Part shown: in pieces, positions 59,876-64,000 of the stretch | Position numbering within the stretch: the stretch's first letter is position 1 | Layout: every line of letters begins with the position of its first letter | Source: Candidatus Woesearchaeota archaeon | GTDB lineage: Archaea; Nanobdellota; Nanobdellia; Pacearchaeales; GW2011-AR1 | DNA length: 64,000 bases | Assembly: GCA_964467035.1 (NCBI GenBank) | Contig: CAYXNX010000001.1 | Location: forward strand, 51,373-115,372 | Direction of reading: 5' to 3' | Position numbers and translations under genes: made by a program | Notes under the pieces: generated by a model | What the model saw: the letters and a program-made list of their open reading frames with translations, nothing else | Databases searched by the model: none | Told to the model about the DNA's origin: nothing

Positions 59876-62800
59876 TCCAACTAAATCACCAACATCAGTT
59901 TCACAATATCCATAATCATCATCAGTGCATCCAGTTATAGTTTCAACCCATTCCCTTTTATTGTTACAATTACCCTCACTCCAATCACACCCACAACTAT
60001 AAATCCGACCACATTTAATATGTGTTCCATTTTTACCCTCATCAGGAACTTCCCTAACAATCCATTTATCCTCATCAGCATAACTACTATTAGCTTGCCA
60101 TTCATCACCCACAGGATTAGACTCTTCTTCAAAAGTATAACAACTAATCGGATTGTCACCTGAACCATAAGTTTCAATATTTGAAAGAAGTTCTTCATCA
60201 TCTAAATCTGAAGAATTTGGATGAGCATTATCATTACAAACCTGATCTCTCCCAAAATCACTACAACCTAAGGATTGGGGAGAAATTCCTCCAACAACCT
60301 CCAAAATAGCACTACTCTCTAAACCTTCATAAAATGCATCTATTATAACTACTCCTTCAACCAAACCTTCAAACTCATTATCCCCCTCAGAATTATTTGC
60401 AACATCTGGATCACTACTAGAAAAGGAGGCCTCATCAATAACATCCTCCTCCTCTCCATTTGAATCAATAAGCTTCGCTGTATAATCTTGAATGCCCCCT
60501 TCATCAATCTCAGAATTTTGAGGTTCCAATTTAATATGAGAATCAACCAATTCATCATCATCTACAATTATTAAATGAGCACCACTGGCAAAACATCCTT
60601 GATAAGTTGCAAGAACTACTGTTTCTCCAACATCTTCTGGCACAACTTTATTATCCCCATTTATTGTTGCAATACTTTGATTCAAAGAATAGATATCTGA
60701 ATTATCAGTAACATCCTCTCCGCTCTCAAAATCTAAAACAGTAAAATTATCCGTTGATTCACTCAAACTTACATTAACACTCATCTCAGGAGGAACAAGA
60801 CCCAAATCATACTGGTTACAATCAGGACCCCCCTCCCCTACTTTCAATCTAACTGAATCACTCTCCGCCTCATCCCCATCATTATAATAAGCTACAATAT
60901 CAACTGTCCCATTACTCACCCCTGTTGCTTCATCCCCATTTATTGAAGCAATTGAACTATTACTACTGTTTATTATTGCATAATCAGTAACAACTTGGCT
61001 AGAACTTCCTGAATAATAAGCAGTAACATTATAAGTTTGAAAATCCCCTACCCCAATTTCTGCCTCATCAGGTTTTAACTCAATGCTAGATAATTCATCA
61101 GTTCCCTTAGGAGTAATTGTCAAATCAGTACAATTCCGATGAAGAACGCCAGAATCATCTGTATAATTCGCGCAAACTACTGTTTCTCCAACACTTACCG
61201 GCACAACTTTATTATCCCCATTTATTGTTGCAATACTTTGATTCAAAGAATAGATATCTGAATCATCTACTACATTATGTGTCCTTATTCCATCAAGAGG
61301 ACCAAGCAAAGACTCATAACCATTAACAGTATATTCCCAATCAGGAATACTACCTAAATCAACACTCCTGCTTTTTGGTTCAATTTCTATATAATCCACA
61401 CTTATCGTGGAAGGACGAGGAGAGCTAGAACAACCACTAGTATCAAACTCACAAGTATCATCACAAGTTAAAGTTCCTCCTGTAAAATCATCAAAATCCG
61501 AACAAGTTTTTCCTCCTAACTCATCCCCATCACAAGCTTCTTTCCCCACATCTAGATGACCATCATTATTACAATCATAATCAGTACATCCACTAGTATC
61601 AAACTCACAAGTATCATCACAAGTTAAAGTTCCTCCCGAAAATCCAAAAGACTCACAATCTTTCCCATCTAATCGATCTCTATCACAAGCCTCTCCTTCA
61701 TCTAAAATACCATTATTATTACATTCCCCCGCTCCACTACCCAACACACGAAATGTCTGACTAGTATTAAAAACCCCCTCATTATCAGAGTTCAAAATTC
61801 CCACAAATGCCCTTCCTTCAATTTCCTCACCCACTTCAATATTGCTAACTTCTTCATCTCCACTATATTCTATCGCGTCAGAACAATCATGAGATTCATA
61901 TTCACAAACCCGTATATCCACATTATCCACATTTTCCGAATCCCATTCAACTTTAGGAATAGATTCTCCTTGCTCAATCTCCTCCAACAGATTATCCCCA
62001 GAATCCAATGCCCTTACATTAAAAATTCTCCCCTCCCCTTCGTCACTCTCATAACATCCACTAGTATCAACTCTACATTCGCTCTCACTTCCAGGACTAT
62101 AACAACCCAACTCTCCCCCATCCCAATCACCAATATCTTCACAAGAATCCATACCCTCCATAAAAATAGGATCCCCATTACTACCAAAATCACAAGATTC
62201 ACCCGCAAAACCAACATCTATATATCCATCTCCACAAGCACGTTCAACACAATCACTAAAAGAACCACCATCATAAACTATTTCTGGAGTTGTCCCATCC
62301 TCACCAGTATCTCCTTCGCCAGGATTCCATTGAACCCAATGATAACCCAAAGTAGGTTCCTGGACATTTGGAGATTGGTCAAAATCCCCATATTCAAGCA
62401 ATTCATTATAACCGTCTTTTCTCTTCAAACTTATATCATCAAAATAACACTCTCCCTCTGGCTTATCATTCCCCGAGAAATCATCTTCTCTTCTTCCATC
62501 TAACCTTAATCTTACTTGATATTCTCCCCCCTTGCCCTCAGGAATTCTTATTTCAGTACCATACTCTCTCCAATTTATCAAAATTCCCTCTACACCATTC
62601 TGAGCCCCTTCAACCCTTTCTGTCCATCCAGGAGAACCATCGTCATAATAATCAAGATAATTATCACTGTAAACATCCATTAAACAAGAACCCTTTTCTA
62701 AATTAGCTTTAATATTGCCTTTTAAAATATAAGTTCCTTTCCCCAAATTAACATCTTGGCTAACAACATTGTAATCATTTAAACCCTCACTACCCAATTT

Positions 62801-63025
62801 TAAAACCTTGCCAGGATGAAAATAAAAACACTCCTCACTCTCTTCACAATCATCATCATCAAAACATGGATCTGTGTCAGGAAACTCACTATCCGAATCA
62901 TCATCTCCCGAAAGCTGAGGCTCCTCCCCCCAAGTCCAAGGATTCCACCAAGCTCCTTGAACACTCCCCGCCAAAAACACACCTACAAAAACTAACAAAA
63001 ATAAAATCAATAAACTCTTTTTCAT
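59633..63025 (-). CDS. Surface protein allele B: CBM-like, Cys-rich (CGDG/GEACD) repeats, several Big_2-like domains, same C-terminus as allele A
   Basis: Start MKKSLL at 63025; FDDISL, GTLTCDDTCEFDTSGC x2, SIATING..V.....GET. Confidence 0.8.
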   Translation of the reverse strand: MKKSLLILFLLVFVGVFLAGSVQGAWWNPWTWGEEPQLSGDDDSDSEFPDTDPCFDDDDCEESEECFYFHPGKVLKLGSEGLNDYNVVSQDVNLGKGTYILKGNIKANLEKGSCLMDVYSDNYLDYYDDGSPGWTERVEGAQNGVEGILINWREYGTEIRIPEGKGGEYQVRLRLDGRREDDFSGNDKPEGECYFDDISLKRKDGYNELLEYGDFDQSPNVQEPTLGYHWVQWNPGEGDTGEDGTTPEIVYDGGSFSDCVERACGDGYIDVGFAGESCDFGSNGDPIFMEGMDSCEDIGDWDGGELGCYSPGSESECRVDTSGCYESDEGEGRIFNVRALDSGDNLLEEIEQGESIPKVEWDSENVDNVDIRVCEYESHDCSDAIEYSGDEEVSNIEVGEEIEGRAFVGILNSDNEGVFNTSQTFRVLGSGAGECNNNGILDEGEACDRDRLDGKDCESFGFSGGTLTCDDTCEFDTSGCTDYDCNNDGHLDVGKEACDGDELGGKTCSDFDDFTGGTLTCDDTCEFDTSGCSSSPRPSTISVDYIEIEPKSRSVDLGSIPDWEYTVNGYESLLGPLDGIRTHNVVDDSDIYSLNQSIATINGDNKVVPVSVGETVVCANYTDDSGVLHRNCTDLTITPKGTDELSSIELKPDEAEIGVGDFQTYNVTAYYSGSSSQVVTDYAIINSSNSSIASINGDEATGVSNGTVDIVAYYNDGDEAESDSVRLKVGEGGPDCNQYDLGLVPPEMSVNVSLSESTDNFTVLDFESGEDVTDNSDIYSLNQSIATINGDNKVVPEDVGETVVLATYQGCFASGAHLIIVDDDELVDSHIKLEPQNSEIDEGGIQDYTAKLIDSNGEEEDVIDEASFSSSDPDVANNSEGDNEFEGLVEGVVIIDAFYEGLESSAILEVVGGISPQSLGCSDFGRDQVCNDNAHPNSSDLDDEELLSNIETYGSGDNPISCYTFEEESNPVGDEWQANSSYADEDKWIVREVPDEGKNGTHIKCGRIYSCGCDWSEGNCNNKREWVETITGCTDDDYGYCETDVGDLVGECVEPGDEYTVSWTAEWYDENGNSDGESSENNCESGDVKFPCPPMTVEPFFSLVNFVIAGFLTLIFYFFFVKTFRKNEQF

Positions 63026-63104
63026 ACTTATCAAGAGATTTAATTATTTATAAATCTTATTAAAATAAAAGTAAAATTTATAATCTCCCAAAATAAATAA
63101 TTTT

Positions 63105-63401
63105 ATGAAAAATATCCAAAAAACACTTTTAACAACTTTAATAATTTCCTTAATTACAATCCTTTTAGCAATCTTTGTCCAGTTTAATGCAATTTCAAAA
63201 ATAACTCAATGCAGTTATTTAGACCCAATCATCATCGACATTTTGGCATTTTCAGCTGCTTTATTTTTAATAATCGAAGGTTTTGCAAGAATTTTTGAAC
63301 ATCCCAAAGCAACACTAAAAAGACAATTCACAAGAATAATTAGAATATCTTTTGGTTTTACAATTCTAACTTTGCACATAATTCAGTTTATCCATAAATG
63401 A
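63105..63401 (+). CDS. Small membrane protein
   Basis: Three hydrophobic segments. Confidence 0.65.
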   Translation: MKNIQKTLLTTLIISLITILLAIFVQFNAISKITQCSYLDPIIIDILAFSAALFLIIEGFARIFEHPKATLKRQFTRIIRISFGFTILTLHIIQFIHK

Positions 63402-63429
63402 CAAAGTTATTTTAAAAAAATTAACTTAT

Positions 63430-63682
63430 CTAGAAAGTTAATAAATAAATATTTTCTATTTTCCCAATTTCAGTAACTAAATAATCCTCATTTGGAAATT
63501 TTTTAATCTATATTCTAAACTCTCCAACCCCTATTCTGTATTCATCAATTTTACCTTTCATTTTTTAATACCTACTTTTTCACCTTGTTTAAAACATTTA
63601 AGAATTTTTAAGATTTTTTTCTAATAAATGGATTAAATTTTAGTAACTGTTTATCTGCTCTTTTAGAAATTATTAAGTTCAT
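63430..63682 (-). pseudogene. RelE toxin pseudogene (several frameshifts and stops)
   Basis: MNLIISKRADKQLLKF..., YRIGVGEFRI* recoverable across frames. Confidence 0.7.
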
Positions 63683-63943
63683 TCTTCAAACCCATATTTT
63701 TCCTCAAGTTCTTCAAATGTAAAATAATCTCCTTTTTTATATTCTTTAATAGAAGCTTCAATATTTTTTTTTAGTTTCTTCATTTAACTCTAAATGAGCC
63801 TCTATTAAATTCCAAATTATTTCCTCATAACTTTCTTTAGGATAAGTCTTCATACTTTTAAGTAGTTCAAGAATTTGTTTACTTACCCTTATACTAGTTT
63901 GTTCATTTATTTCCTGCATAAATTTGTATTCAATATGATGCAT
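63679..63943 (-). pseudogene. Antitoxin frameshifted at an A9 tract (63764-63772)
   Basis: TSIRVSK..ESYEEIIW..; removing one A gives KNIEASIKEYKKGDYFTFEELEEKYGFEE* coupled to relE. Confidence 0.7.
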
Positions 63944-64000
63944 TTAAATCTTTTTCAAATCCCCCAAATAATCACCCCATAACAACAATCAACGGCTTCA

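Noticed and set aside
57459..60550. Diversity-generating retroelement TR/VR pair
   Set aside because: No reverse transcriptase; differences are not adenine-specific and both copies are coding.
868..62982. Numerous short shadow ORFs (e.g. 868-1179, 7467-7769, 20180-20377, 51715-52128, 61889-62503)
   Set aside because: Overlap well-supported genes or tRNAs on the opposite strand or frame and have no recognisable motifs.

Overview
Very AT-rich archaeal chromosomal segment, most consistent with a DPANN lineage (Pacearchaeota/Woesearchaeota-like; inferred from aIF2-gamma, eS6, Rpp30, DUF357, a single-OB SSB and a BHB-intron tRNA). Housekeeping genes (aIF2g, rps6e, uppP, pcm, DEAD-box helicase, HerA-like ATPase, SSB, rnp3, pyrH, XPD/DinG-like helicase, OapA/ArvA GTPase with OapB/ArvB) alternate with large secreted or surface proteins and three accessory zones. 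(1) A ~9.9 kb defence island sits at the tRNA-Asp 3' end (19-bp att duplication, truncated integrase). It holds a type I R-M system with Shedu-like, HEPN-like, caspase-like and TA genes nested inside. (2) A toxin-antitoxin array lies upstream of DUF357-pyrH. (3) A second TA array lies upstream of a secreted-protein gene. The most striking pattern is that in both arrays the self-contained promoter-antitoxin-toxin cassettes are followed, often stop/start-coupled, by a copy of the 5' end of the intact downstream gene, and the proximal copy is the best match to the intact gene. This suggests a polarised, homology-anchored cassette-accumulation process with no integron integrase. A related signature appears in a tandem pair of surface-protein alleles. 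Also present: an IS5 (IS903-like) element carrying a Cas2/VapD-like passenger behind a perfectly palindromic bidirectional promoter, an IS903-type MITE, an intron-containing tRNA-Ile(UAU), and tandem tRNA-3'-end repeats. All family assignments are by-eye motif recognition; no searches were run.
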